Of a stretch of DNA of 64,000 nucleotides, positions 9,246 to 18,962 are shown one piece after another (positions within the stretch are counted from its first letter, which is position 1; each line of letters opens with the position of its first letter). The notes below the pieces were generated by a model. That model made no database searches and was not told where the DNA came from. It saw only the letters and a program-made list of their open reading frames with translations. The stretch spans positions 160,001 through 224,000 of the forward strand of contig VMGC01000001.1 of assembly GCA_007376385.1 (NCBI GenBank), given 5' to 3'. This DNA comes from Parcubacteria group bacterium Gr01-1014_8. GTDB lineage: Bacteria > Patescibacteriota > Minisyncoccia > Phycocordibacterales > UBA2100. The position numbers and the translations under genes were made by a program.

Positions 9246-10628
9246 ATGACCGAATCACTCATGGAAAAGATAGTCTCGCTCGCTAAACGGCGTGGGTTCG
9301 TCTATCAAGGTTCGGAAATATACGGCGGCCTTGCGGGTACATGGGACTATGGGCCCCTCGGTGTTGCCCTCAAGAAGAATATCGAGAATTTGTGGTGGAA
9401 GAGATTCGTCTTGGATCGCGAGGATATGTATGGCATCGATGCGGCGCTTCTCATGAATCCTAATGTCTGGAAAGCGAGCGGGCATGTGGATGGGTTTGCT
9501 GACCCGCTTGTCGAGGACGTGAAGACACATAGAAGATACAGAGCGGATCACTTGCTTGAGGAAGCGGGGGTTGACCCTAAGGGAATGACTGCGGCACAGA
9601 TGGACCAGACCCTTAAGGAGAAGGGAATAAGGAGTCCGGATGGCAATACGCTCGGCGATGTGAAGCAGTTCAACATGATGTTCAAGACGAGCATCGGGGC
9701 CTCCGGCGATGAGTCATCAATATCGTATCTTCGGCCGGAAACAGCGCAGGGCATGTTCGTCAACTTTAAGAACGTCATGGATACATTCCATCCTAAATTG
9801 CCGTTTGGCATGGCGCAGATAGGGAAAGCCTTCCGCAATGAGATAGCGCCGAGGGATTTCATCTTTCGAGTGCGAGAACTCGAACAGATGGAAATAGAAT
9901 ATTTCGTGAGACCGGAGGACTGGCGGAAACACTTCGACTACTTTTTAAACGAACAAAAGGATTATCTTACGAAGGATCTGGGGCTGCCGGAACAATATAT
10001 TCACTCTGTTGAGGTTCCTGCGGTCGATAGAGCGCATTATTCCAAGCACAGCGTGGACACAGAGTTCGACTTTCCGTTCGGCCAGAAAGAACTCTTGGGA
10101 CTTGCGTACCGCACAGACTTCGACCTTGGGGCGCATGCAAAAGCGTCCGGCGTTGACCTTTCTTACTATGATGAAGAGACGAAGGAGCGGTTCACTCCGC
10201 ATTGCATCGAGCCGACGTTCGGTGTTGGGCGGCTATTCTTGGCTATTCTATCGGGTGCGTATGCTGAAGATGAGAAGAACGGAGAAGTGCGGACATTCCT
10301 TAAATTCTCTTCTAATGTTGCGCCGGTGAAAGCGGCTGTGTTCCCACTCCTTAAGAACAAGCCGGAACTTGTGGCAAAGGCCAGGGAAGTATATGTGGAC
10401 CTTAAAGTGCAGATACCGCAGCTTATGTGGGATGACAACGGTAACATCGGCAAGCGCTATCGCCGGCAAGATGAGATCGGGACTCCGTACTGCATCACCA
10501 TAGACTTCGATACCCTGGGGGAGAGCGGCGATGAGAAAAAAGATACCGTGACCGTACGGGAGAGAGATACTGGCGAACAGACACGATTGCCCATCAGCGA
10601 GCTCGCAAAAAAAGTGAACGGTTCATGA
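9246..10628 (+). CDS. glyQS: glycine--tRNA ligase (alpha2 homodimeric type)
   Basis: MTESLMEKIVSLAKRRGFVYQGSEIYGGLAGTWDYGPLG..., class II motifs and a C-terminal anticodon-binding domain; 460 aa. Confidence 0.9.
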   Translation: MTESLMEKIVSLAKRRGFVYQGSEIYGGLAGTWDYGPLGVALKKNIENLWWKRFVLDREDMYGIDAALLMNPNVWKASGHVDGFADPLVEDVKTHRRYRADHLLEEAGVDPKGMTAAQMDQTLKEKGIRSPDGNTLGDVKQFNMMFKTSIGASGDESSISYLRPETAQGMFVNFKNVMDTFHPKLPFGMAQIGKAFRNEIAPRDFIFRVRELEQMEIEYFVRPEDWRKHFDYFLNEQKDYLTKDLGLPEQYIHSVEVPAVDRAHYSKHSVDTEFDFPFGQKELLGLAYRTDFDLGAHAKASGVDLSYYDEETKERFTPHCIEPTFGVGRLFLAILSGAYAEDEKNGEVRTFLKFSSNVAPVKAAVFPLLKNKPELVAKAREVYVDLKVQIPQLMWDDNGNIGKRYRRQDEIGTPYCITIDFDTLGESGDEKKDTVTVRERDTGEQTRLPISELAKKVNGS

Positions 10629-10770
10629 AAGGTTTCAAACCCCGGGGCAAGCCGCGGGGTTTTGAACCTTTGCTGCCTGCGCCGCTCGGGAATGCAAAAC
10701 TGCGCTTGTGCGTTTTTCTCGCTATCCTCGACAGATAAAAAAAGAGGCCATTGTGCTACCATAAGAACAT

Positions 10771-11832
10771 ATGCCGAATGCGACATTTTCCATCTCTACG
10801 GGCACCATCGTCAAAACGCTTGTTGTTCTTGCGGGTGCGTGGCTTTTATTCCAGCTTCGCGACCTCGTTCTCGTCATACTAACGGCAGTTGTCATAGCAT
10901 CAGCTATCGAGCCGGGCATCCGCACGCTTTCAAGGTATCGCATTCCGCGTCTTCTTGCAGTTATCTTTATCTATCTTTTTCTCATTACGCTCTTCTTAGG
11001 CATATTCTATTTCTTTCTCCCGCTCGTTCTAGAAGATTTTGCAACATTCCTCACAGCGCTTCCGAGTTACTTGGATACATTCAGTAACGTAGGCGCTTTC
11101 GATGAGTACTCGCGCATACTAGGGATTCCGGCCCCTGCAGAGATATCGTCGTCTGCTCTGATGGAACAAGTGCAAAATGGCCTTAATTTGAGCGGTTTTT
11201 TCGGCAATGCACTCGGTGCAGCGTCGAGCATATTCGGCGGCGTGCTCTCCTTTGTTCTCATCATCGTTTTTTCCTTCTACTTTGCGGTGAATGAGACTGG
11301 TATTGCAGATTTCTTGCGCTTCATTGTGCCGAGAAAGTACGAATCATACGTCTTGGATCTTTGGAAACGCTCTCAGCACAAAATAGGACTTTGGATGCAG
11401 GGCCAGCTCATCCTTGGATTTTTCATGGGAGTATTCGTGTGTCTCGGTCTTCTTATCATCGGCGTGAAGCACGCGCTTCTTCTCGCTGTCATTGCGGCGC
11501 TCTTTGAATTGATCCCGGTCTTTGGCCCGACGCTTGCCGCTGTTCCTGCCATTGTGATTGGTTTTGCTGATGGCGGTTTCACGGTCGGTGTGCTGGTCAT
11601 CGCGCTTTACGTCATTCTGCAACAGTTCGAAAATCACTTGCTGTACCCTGGAGTCGTAACAAAGGTTGTCGGTGTGCCGCCGCTTCTCGTTATCCTCGCG
11701 CTCATCATCGGGGCGAAGCTCGCCGGATTCTTAGGAATACTCTTGTCGGTTCCTATGGCAGCTGCACTGCAGGAATTTGTTCGGGATATCGAACAGAGGA
11801 GAAAATTTGCAGTGGACGACGAGGGCGTGTAG
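10771..11832 (+). CDS. AI-2E family transporter (PerM/UPF0118)
   Basis: 353 aa, about 8 TM segments, with the characteristic AI-2E central and C-terminal hydrophobic pattern. Confidence 0.8.
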   Translation: MPNATFSISTGTIVKTLVVLAGAWLLFQLRDLVLVILTAVVIASAIEPGIRTLSRYRIPRLLAVIFIYLFLITLFLGIFYFFLPLVLEDFATFLTALPSYLDTFSNVGAFDEYSRILGIPAPAEISSSALMEQVQNGLNLSGFFGNALGAASSIFGGVLSFVLIIVFSFYFAVNETGIADFLRFIVPRKYESYVLDLWKRSQHKIGLWMQGQLILGFFMGVFVCLGLLIIGVKHALLLAVIAALFELIPVFGPTLAAVPAIVIGFADGGFTVGVLVIALYVILQQFENHLLYPGVVTKVVGVPPLLVILALIIGAKLAGFLGILLSVPMAAALQEFVRDIEQRRKFAVDDEGV

Positions 11833-11841
11833 CCTCACCTC

Positions 11842-13275
11842 ATGGGCAAGTCCTTTTATTTGACAACAACGCTCCCGTACGTGAATGCCGACCCTCACAT
11901 CGGTTTTGCGCTCGAGCTTGTGCATGCGGATATTCTGGCGCGCTATCGTCACTCCTTGGGCGATGATGTGTTCTTTAATACTGGAACAGACGAGCATGGC
12001 TTGAAGATATATCGCAAGGCACAGGAGGAGGGAAAGAAGCCGCAAGCGTATACGGACGAGTACGCAGCAAAGTTCAAGGACTTGAAAGGAAAGCTCGATC
12101 TATTTCCTGGTATCCATTTCATTCGGACGACCGACGCGAACCATAAGAAAGCTGCGCAGGAATTGTGGCGGAGGTGTCTCGCAAAAGGAGATATTTACAA
12201 GAAAAAATATAAAGGCTTGTATTGCGTCGGTGATGAAGCTTTCATCAAGGAAAGCGAATTAGTGAACGGAAGGTGTTCGAATCATCCGACAATGGAAGTC
12301 ATAGAAATAGAGGAAGAGAATTATTTCTTCAGATTGAGTGCGTATCAAGAAAAATTGCTTGTCTACCTTAACCAGGAAGGAGTTATTGTGCCCGAATGGC
12401 GAAGGAAGGAGGCAATTCAGTTCGTCGAACGAGGCCTGGAGGATTTCAGCATCTCCCGCGTAAAAGAGAAGATGCCGTGGGGTGTCGCAGTTCCGGATGA
12501 TGAGAACCAAGTAATGTACGTATGGTTTGATGCTCTGACCAACTACATCTCGACCTTGGGTTGGCCGGAGGATAGAGAGGGCCTCTACAAAAAGTTCTGG
12601 GAGGGTGGCGAGACTGTTCAGCTTGCAGGCAAAGACCAAGTTCGCTTTCAATCCATTATGTGGCAGGCGATGTTGATGTCCGGCGGACTTGCGACGACAA
12701 AAAAGATCGTATATCACGGCTTTATCACGAGCGGAGGACAAAAAATGTCTAAATCCGTCGGGAATGTCATCGACCCCTTGGCAATTGTTGATGAATACGG
12801 CGTGGATGCACTCCGCTATTTTCTCGCGCGGCACGTGCATCCGTTTGAAGATTCAGATTTTACGATGGAGCGGTTCAAGGAGGCTTATAATGCCGATCTT
12901 GCAAATGGGATCGGAAATGCTGCAGCGAGAATTATGACTCTTGCGGAAAAGCATCTCGACAAACCGGTGGAGGTGTCTCCGGCAGAGTTCGCAGATTATT
13001 TCATTGAGAGTATGAATAAATATGAATTCAACGAGACCGTTGCTCACGTAACGGCCTTTGTTGTTGCTCTCGATGAACTCATTACAAGTAAGGAACCATT
13101 CAAACTTGTAAAATCGGACCCAGAAAGTGCCAAAACTGTAATCACTGACGGGGTTCGCATGTTGTGGAGTCTGAATTATCATCTCCAAATATTTATGCCG
13201 GACACTGCGCAGAAGATTCAACAGGCGATAAAAGAGAATAAAAAGCCCGAGAATCTTTTCCCGCGTAAAGAATAA
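11842..13275 (+). CDS. metG: methionine--tRNA ligase
   Basis: HIGH-region variant 'NADPHIGF', KMSKS (QKMSKSVGN) and an anticodon-binding helical domain. Confidence 0.9.
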   Translation: MGKSFYLTTTLPYVNADPHIGFALELVHADILARYRHSLGDDVFFNTGTDEHGLKIYRKAQEEGKKPQAYTDEYAAKFKDLKGKLDLFPGIHFIRTTDANHKKAAQELWRRCLAKGDIYKKKYKGLYCVGDEAFIKESELVNGRCSNHPTMEVIEIEEENYFFRLSAYQEKLLVYLNQEGVIVPEWRRKEAIQFVERGLEDFSISRVKEKMPWGVAVPDDENQVMYVWFDALTNYISTLGWPEDREGLYKKFWEGGETVQLAGKDQVRFQSIMWQAMLMSGGLATTKKIVYHGFITSGGQKMSKSVGNVIDPLAIVDEYGVDALRYFLARHVHPFEDSDFTMERFKEAYNADLANGIGNAAARIMTLAEKHLDKPVEVSPAEFADYFIESMNKYEFNETVAHVTAFVVALDELITSKEPFKLVKSDPESAKTVITDGVRMLWSLNYHLQIFMPDTAQKIQQAIKENKKPENLFPRKE

Positions 13276-13277
13276 AC

Positions 13278-14102
13278 ATGAAATATTTTGACGCTCACAC
13301 GCACGTGAATTTTGTTGCGTTCAATGAGGACCGCGAGGCGACGATTCTGCGCGCGGAAGACGCAGGAGTTGCGATGAATGTTGTGGGGACGCAGCAGGAT
13401 ACGTCGCGCGCGGCAGTCGAGCTTGCGGAAAAGTACGACAACGTCTATGCGACCATCGGGCTTCATCCGGTGCATACGAGCAAGTCGTATCATGATGAAA
13501 AAGAATTGGGGGAGGGAGGAAAGGCGTTCACATCGCGAGGAGAACAATTTGACGCTGCCGTATACGAGCAAATTGCAGCGTCAAAGAAGGTCATCGCGAT
13601 AGGCGAATGCGGGCTCGACTACTATCGCCTTGAAGAAGACTCGAAGAAAAAACAGGAAGAGGCGTTCATTCAGCATATCGAACTTGCGAATACATTACAG
13701 AAGCCTTTGATGCTTCACATTCGGAATGCATATGCGGACGCACTGCGCGTTCTCAAGACTCATGCAAAAGTAAGAGGCGACGTGCACTTCTTTGCAGGCT
13801 CCTGGGATGAGGCGAAACGATTTCTTGACCTTGGTTTTACACTCTCATTCACCGGCGTCGTAACATTCACGCATGATTACGATGAGGTCATCAAAAACAC
13901 GCCGCTCGACATGCTCCTTTCAGAAACCGACGCGCCATACGTCTCCCCAGTGCCGTACAGAGGGAAGCGCAATGAGCCCAGCTTTGTTGTCGAGGTTGTG
14001 CGAAGGATTGCCGACATACGAGGCGAGAGCCACGAAAGCGTCGCAGCTCAGTTACTTCTGAATGCTGAACACGTTTTTGGCCTCAACCTGCGTGCGAAGT
14101 GA
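13278..14102 (+). CDS. tatD: TatD-family metal-dependent hydrolase/DNase
   Basis: N-terminal FDAHTHV, the IGECGLDY motif and the TIM-barrel TatD pattern. The start is 3 nt after the metG stop. Confidence 0.85.
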   Translation: MKYFDAHTHVNFVAFNEDREATILRAEDAGVAMNVVGTQQDTSRAAVELAEKYDNVYATIGLHPVHTSKSYHDEKELGEGGKAFTSRGEQFDAAVYEQIAASKKVIAIGECGLDYYRLEEDSKKKQEEAFIQHIELANTLQKPLMLHIRNAYADALRVLKTHAKVRGDVHFFAGSWDEAKRFLDLGFTLSFTGVVTFTHDYDEVIKNTPLDMLLSETDAPYVSPVPYRGKRNEPSFVVEVVRRIADIRGESHESVAAQLLLNAEHVFGLNLRAK

Positions 14103-14114
14103 TATTATTTCCCT

Positions 14115-14456
14115 ATGACAGTTACGCCGCCGCCAGGGAATAAAAAAGATCCGTATCGAGAAGATCACGGCTTGGATGCGGCAAAGAAGAAGCTTGATGA
14201 GATAACCGGCAGGCCATTTGATGTGATCCAGGTCCTTGCAACGCATAGGGCGAAAGAGGAGCGTGGCAGGGAAAAGGAGAAGGAAATACAACATACACTA
14301 GAGACGACCATCGAAAAGGCACGACGAAAGCGCCAGGAAAAAGAGGCGCGCCAAGCAGAGGAGAATAAGCGTGCGACCATGGAAAGAGAACTTCGGGATA
14401 TTAAGCGCCGGGAGATGAAACTACCAAGGCCAGAAGAAAATAAACCTAAAGAGTGA
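14115..14456 (+). CDS. hypothetical highly charged (K/E/R-rich) coiled-coil protein
   Basis: 113-aa ORF of low complexity. It is kept because of its tight operon spacing after tatD, but could be a spurious ORF. Confidence 0.35.
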   Translation: MTVTPPPGNKKDPYREDHGLDAAKKKLDEITGRPFDVIQVLATHRAKEERGREKEKEIQHTLETTIEKARRKRQEKEARQAEENKRATMERELRDIKRREMKLPRPEENKPKE

Positions 14457-14498
14457 TTTGTTGCGACTGATAGTGAGTCATGCTAGAGTGCGTGCCAC

Positions 14499-15014
14499 AT
14501 GATTGCGGAAGAGAAGAATACTACTGATGATAGGGAGGTCACAACTCGTATTTACGAGATCGGTTATCACGTTGCTGCAAGCGTGAAAGAAGAGGATGTT
14601 GAGAAAGTTGTTTCCTTGATCCGAGAAACCATCGAAAAATCCGGTGGCTCTTTCATTGCGGAAGGCGCTCCGTCGTTGATGAAGCTTGCGTATCCTATGA
14701 CTGTTCGTGAAGGGGAAAAGAAAATTGAACATGACCGCGCCTATTTTGGATGGCTCAAGTTCGAGGCGGCAACCGAAAGTACTGAAGCCCTTGAGAACTC
14801 GCTCAAGTTGAATCCGTCCATCGTTCGTTCCATCGTCTTTAAGACAGTGCGTGAAGATACCCGTGCAAAGATGAAAGCGCCGCAGCTCCGCGAAGTGAAG
14901 CGAACCGACACTATCAAGTCTACACCGAAACGAGCCGTAGCCGAAGAAGCAGGGAAAGCACCAATCTCTGAAGAGAAGTTGGATAAGGCACTTGAAGAGC
15001 TCACGACTGAATAG
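14499..15014 (+). CDS. rpsF: 30S ribosomal protein S6
   Basis: YEIGYHV...SGGSFIAEGAPSLMKLAYPM matches the S6 fold signature, with an acidic/charged C-terminal extension. It sits in the conserved rpsF-ssb-rpsR arrangement. Confidence 0.85.
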   Translation: MIAEEKNTTDDREVTTRIYEIGYHVAASVKEEDVEKVVSLIRETIEKSGGSFIAEGAPSLMKLAYPMTVREGEKKIEHDRAYFGWLKFEAATESTEALENSLKLNPSIVRSIVFKTVREDTRAKMKAPQLREVKRTDTIKSTPKRAVAEEAGKAPISEEKLDKALEELTTE

Positions 15015-15036
15015 CGTAGCGTGGTAGACTGTTCGT

Positions 15037-15483
15037 ATGTACCTAAACAAGGTAATGCTATACGGCAACTTGACGCGCGACCCAGAACTCCGCGCGCTGC
15101 CCTCCGGCATGAATGTCGTGAATTTCAGCGTTGCGACGAATCGTGTGTTTCGCGACCGAGACGGCAAGAAGCAAGAACAAACAGAATTTCACAATGTCGT
15201 TGTGTTTGGGAGGCAAGCGGATACGGTTAATCAATATCTCAAAAAGGGAAGCGCTGTGTTTGTCGAGGGCCGCATGCAGACGAGAAGTTGGGAAGGAAAA
15301 GACGGCGAGAAGAAATATCGTACTGAAGTGGTCGCTGAACGCGTGCAGTTTGGTCCGCGCGCGGGAGGCGGAGGCGGAGGCGCGCGAAAACAGGCGGATG
15401 AGCCGGCCACGGATGAATCTTCAGGGGGCGCAGGCATTGACTACCCGAAAGACGACATCAATCCCGAGGATATTCCTTTTTAA
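15037..15483 (+). CDS. ssb: single-stranded DNA-binding protein
   Basis: OB fold (MYLNKVMLYGNLTRDPELR...FHNVVVFGRQAD...), a Gly-rich linker and an acidic C-terminal tail ending in DIPF. Confidence 0.9.
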   Translation: MYLNKVMLYGNLTRDPELRALPSGMNVVNFSVATNRVFRDRDGKKQEQTEFHNVVVFGRQADTVNQYLKKGSAVFVEGRMQTRSWEGKDGEKKYRTEVVAERVQFGPRAGGGGGGARKQADEPATDESSGGAGIDYPKDDINPEDIPF

Positions 15484-15572
15484 TAGAAAAATAAGGAGCC
15501 AGGCGACTATATTTTTCATTACCCAGTTAAATCCCGCCTACGGCGGGATGACTTGAAATCAAGAGCGAGAAA

Positions 15573-15601
15573 GGGTATATTGCTCCAACTTACGAAAGAA
15601 T
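15573..15601 (+). promoter_or_regulatory. sigma70-like promoter (TTGAAA-N17-TATATT) upstream of rpsR
   Basis: Located in the 207-bp ssb-rpsR gap and preceded by a hairpin (cccgcc-tac-ggcggg). Confidence 0.35.
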
Positions 15602-15690
15602 GAGTCAACAAGTTTCAAGGAGATTCAAGTCGTATTTAACAGGGTGTAAGTTGTTTCTAAGCTCGCCTACGCTCACTAAGAAAAACTAAC

Positions 15691-15891
15691 ATGACCAACA
15701 ATATTTTGACGCAAAATGATATTCAGCACGTCGACTATAAGGACGTGGACCTTTTGAAGCAGTTCATCAACCCGCACGGTCGGGTATTGGGGCGCAAGAG
15801 AACAGGACTTACTGCAAAGCAACAGCGAGCAGTTGAGGCGGCAGTGAAGAGGGCCCGCTTCATGGGGCTTCTCCCGTATATTCAAAAATAG
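15691..15891 (+). CDS. rpsR: 30S ribosomal protein S18
   Basis: ...[39 protein letters not shown] is the S18 signature. Confidence 0.9.
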   Translation: MTNNILTQNDIQHVDYKDVDLLKQFINPHGRVLGRKRTGLTAKQQRAVEAAVKRARFMGLLPYIQK

Positions 15892-15904
15892 AGAAATCTG
15901 TAAA

Positions 15905-15932
15905 AAACCCTGGCGATACGCCGGGTTTTTTG
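15905..15932. terminator. intrinsic terminator (hairpin plus T6) between the convergent rpsR and efp genes
   Basis: ccctggcg-ata-cgccggg followed by TTTTTT. Confidence 0.55.
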
Positions 15933-15941
15933 CTGTGTACC

Positions 15942-16502
15942 TTATACTCGCTCGACGTATTCTCCCGTTTCCGTATTAATGCGGATTATATCGCCTTGTT
16001 TTACGAACATTGGGACGTTGATAGAGGCACCCGTCTCAAGCTCCACGATCTTCGAGCCGCCCTGGGCCGTATTTCCTCGGACGTCGGGCGGGGCCTCGGT
16101 CACCTTGAGTTCTACCTTGATGGGGAGCTTCACACTGAATATCTTGCCGTCGAAAGACAGTGTCTCTATCTCGGTGTTGTCTTTGAGAAATTTACCGGCT
16201 TCACCCATCATTTCCTCGGGGACGGTAAAGCGCTTAGACTTGTCTTTGATATCATGAAAAAACCACTCGCCATTCCTCTCGTAAATAAATATTGCAGATT
16301 TCTTCTCTATTTCTGCCTCGTTCAATTTATCCGACTGCTGGAACGAATATTCTATGACGTTACCGCGAATAAGGTGGCGGAGTTTCGTTTGGTTCACCGG
16401 ACGGCGCTGCTGCTTCTGCATGATGTTATTCCACGTACAGACGTAGGGCTCGCTTTCGACGAGTACCGCAACTCCCGGCTTCACTTCGTTATATGACAAC
16501 AT
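15942..16502 (-). CDS. efp: elongation factor P
   Basis: MLSYNEVKPGVAVL... and KOW/OB domains (VKQGDIIRINTETGEYVERV at the C-terminus). I chose the start at MLSYNE; the ORF track extends 7 codons further, to 16523. Confidence 0.9.
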   Translation of the reverse strand: MLSYNEVKPGVAVLVESEPYVCTWNNIMQKQQRRPVNQTKLRHLIRGNVIEYSFQQSDKLNEAEIEKKSAIFIYERNGEWFFHDIKDKSKRFTVPEEMMGEAGKFLKDNTEIETLSFDGKIFSVKLPIKVELKVTEAPPDVRGNTAQGGSKIVELETGASINVPMFVKQGDIIRINTETGEYVERV

Positions 16503-16525
16503 AGTCGGGTATTCTATGCGCAATT

Positions 16526-17068
16526 TTGGTTTTGTCCACCCGAATATATACTAGCGAGGTGGAACTCATCAGACCTTCGATAGAATACCGCGCTTCTTTT
16601 TTGGAAGCGGTCAGGGAATATCGCGCCGACGGCAAGCCGATACGATTTGATTTCGACATGGCGGAAAGTGATTTTCCGCGCTTTGTAAAAGAGTTGAATG
16701 AGCATGCGGAAGGTTTGCATATGCCGGAAGACTATGTTCCCGAGACGATATTCTGGCTCGTTGACGGAGGGGAATATATCGGGCAAATAAATATTCGGCA
16801 CTATCTGAACGGCCATTTGCTCACGATCGGCGGACACATCGGGTACGATATTCGCCCGTCTAGGCGAAATCGCGGCTATGGGACGAAACAACTGCAGATG
16901 GTTCTGCCAAAAGCAAAAGAACTTGGCATTGACAGGGTTCTCGTGACATGTGATGTGAGCAATGTCGGCTCGCGGAAGATCATAGAACACGGCGGCGGAT
17001 TCTTAGAGAATCAAGTGCCGAATCCGGATACAGGAGAGGATAAGTTGCGATTTTGGATAAACTTATGA
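16526..17068 (+). CDS. GNAT-family N-acetyltransferase
   Basis: Acetyl-CoA-binding motif RRNRGYGTKQL (Q/RxxGxG/A) in a GNAT fold. It is divergent from efp, with about 24 bp between the two start codons. Confidence 0.75.
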   Translation: MVLSTRIYTSEVELIRPSIEYRASFLEAVREYRADGKPIRFDFDMAESDFPRFVKELNEHAEGLHMPEDYVPETIFWLVDGGEYIGQINIRHYLNGHLLTIGGHIGYDIRPSRRNRGYGTKQLQMVLPKAKELGIDRVLVTCDVSNVGSRKIIEHGGGFLENQVPNPDTGEDKLRFWINL

Positions 17069-17410
17069 TTGTTTTTCTTTCTTTATTTTTCTCTCAATTA
17101 TACCCGCCTCGATACACTGGTTTACCGCTCTGCGCAGGGCAGTGACATGTTGGCTCAAGCTTGGGATACTCTCGAACCTTAATCGTAATCGATTCACAGC
17201 ACGTTCGAGTGTGAATGGCGATTTATGCTCGTCGTGACGTACCGCTTTCGCTTGTTTGCGTACGATGTCCAATACTTTCTTTAGTTCATCTTGAACGTTA
17301 GATTCAGCTGCATGGTGAAAGTTAAGTATGGCAGTCTCTAAAATGTGTTCCGGGTCTTGATTTTCAACTTGTGAGATGGCACGTTCGATTCTTTCAGATT
17401 CGGAACCCAT
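17063..17410 (-). CDS. hypothetical helical protein downstream of recA (possible RecX-like regulator)
   Basis: 115-aa all-helical ORF immediately 3' of recA on the same strand, the usual position of recX. The sequence is too short and divergent to assign confidently. Confidence 0.35.
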   Translation of the reverse strand: MGSESERIERAISQVENQDPEHILETAILNFHHAAESNVQDELKKVLDIVRKQAKAVRHDEHKSPFTLERAVNRLRLRFESIPSLSQHVTALRRAVNQCIEAGIIERKIKKEKQS

Positions 17411-17419
17411 ACACGTACA

Positions 17420-18487
17420 TCATTCGTCTGCTTCGCTCTTGCTCCGCGCGAGAATTGTTGCTCCGTCGAGGTTTTTCCGGATATCTTTCATTATTTGATT
17501 GAGGACAGTCTTGTTCTCACGCAAGAATGTGCGTGCAGCGTCGTAGCCGCGACCCATTTTTGTTTCGCCGTATGAATATGCACCGGTGCCGGCCTTTTCT
17601 ACGACGCCCAATTTCTCGCCGAGCGCGAGCGCCTCTCCTTCTCGTGAGATTCCTTCTCCGTACAACATGTCGAACTCAGTTTGCCTGAATGGCGCCGCAA
17701 CTTTGTTCTTCACTATCTTCACGCGGTGGCGCCCGCCCATCACCTCGTCGCCTTTCTTTATCTGTGCGATGCGGCGGATGTCGATGCGCACCGACGTGTA
17801 AAATTTCAGAGCTTTTCCTCCAGGTGTTGTTTCTGGATTTCCGAACATCACGCCTATCTGCATGCGAATCTGGTTGATGAAGATGATGACCGTTTTAGTT
17901 TTTGAGACGATGGCGGTTAGTTTACGAAGCGCCTGACTCATGAGTCTGGCCTGTTTGCCAACGTGCTGTGCTCCCATGTCGCCCTCTATCTCATCTTTCG
18001 GCGTGAGCGCTGCGACGGAGTCAATGACGATAACGTCTATTTTCCCGCTTCTGACGAGCGATTCCACTATCTCGAGTGCTTGTTCTCCTGTATCTGGCTG
18101 TGAGACTAAAAGGGAAGCGATATCAACGCCGAGTTTTTTTGCGTATTCCGGGTCGAGCGCGTGTTCGGCGTCGATGAACGCACACACGCCTCCCTTCTTC
18201 TGTGCTTCCGCAATTACATGGAGCGAGAGCGTCGTTTTGCCCGAACTTTCGGGGCCGAATACTTCGATGATGCGGCCTCGGGGGAGACCGCCGATGCCAA
18301 GCGCCCAGTCGACTCCGATGGAGCCGGTTGAAATGGCGTTTACGTCCACTTTCGGCTGCGCGCCGAGCATCATGATGGACTCATCGCCGAATTTTGTCTT
18401 AATGTCGGAAATTGCGCGCTCGATGTCCTTGTCGGAACCTGTTCCCGTTTGTTTTGGCGGCGCTTTTTCTTTTTTTCCGAATTTCAT
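17420..18487 (-). CDS. recA: recombinase RecA
   Basis: Walker [10 protein letters not shown], the L1/L2 loops and the canonical RecA core; 355 aa. Confidence 0.95.
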   Translation of the reverse strand: MKFGKKEKAPPKQTGTGSDKDIERAISDIKTKFGDESIMMLGAQPKVDVNAISTGSIGVDWALGIGGLPRGRIIEVFGPESSGKTTLSLHVIAEAQKKGGVCAFIDAEHALDPEYAKKLGVDIASLLVSQPDTGEQALEIVESLVRSGKIDVIVIDSVAALTPKDEIEGDMGAQHVGKQARLMSQALRKLTAIVSKTKTVIIFINQIRMQIGVMFGNPETTPGGKALKFYTSVRIDIRRIAQIKKGDEVMGGRHRVKIVKNKVAAPFRQTEFDMLYGEGISREGEALALGEKLGVVEKAGTGAYSYGETKMGRGYDAARTFLRENKTVLNQIMKDIRKNLDGATILARSKSEADE

Positions 18488-18511
18488 AATACAGGGAAGT
18501 ATACCGCTTTC

Positions 18512-18955
18512 TTATTCAGGTGCCACATCCTTGGTGGACGTCCCCGACGATGTTTTATTCTCTGTGTTTGATGATGCGTTGCCGTTTGCGATGTAGATGA
18601 TCTCCAGACTTTTTTGCGTTGTTCTTCCGTATTTGTCTGTTGCATCGAGAACGATGCGATTCTCTCCTTGCATCAAAAGATAGGGCTCTTCAAAAACGCC
18701 ATCTTCGGTCACCGATACTGGAGTGCCGTTGAGTTTGAGTTCAGAAATGTTGGTAGCACGCCCTCGAACAAGCATGAATACTTCGTGTACGACTATTGAG
18801 TCTGACGGCACTGAGATGCGCGGACCAAAGAGCATTGCCTGCGCTTCGTAGTATCCGTAGCCGACGAGAAAAAGAAAAAAAACTACCAGTGTGATCTTTA
18901 CGAATCTGCTGTCGCGATACGGGAGCATAAGGATGTGAGTTATGAAAACAGGCAA
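18512..18955 (-). CDS. hypothetical membrane-anchored protein
   Basis: An N-terminal TM segment followed by a beta-rich soluble domain. Same strand as ftsK and recA and closely spaced with them. Confidence 0.5.
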   Translation of the reverse strand: MPVFITHILMLPYRDSRFVKITLVVFFLFLVGYGYYEAQAMLFGPRISVPSDSIVVHEVFMLVRGRATNISELKLNGTPVSVTEDGVFEEPYLLMQGENRIVLDATDKYGRTTQKSLEIIYIANGNASSNTENKTSSGTSTKDVAPE

Positions 18956-18962
18956 AGAGCGC

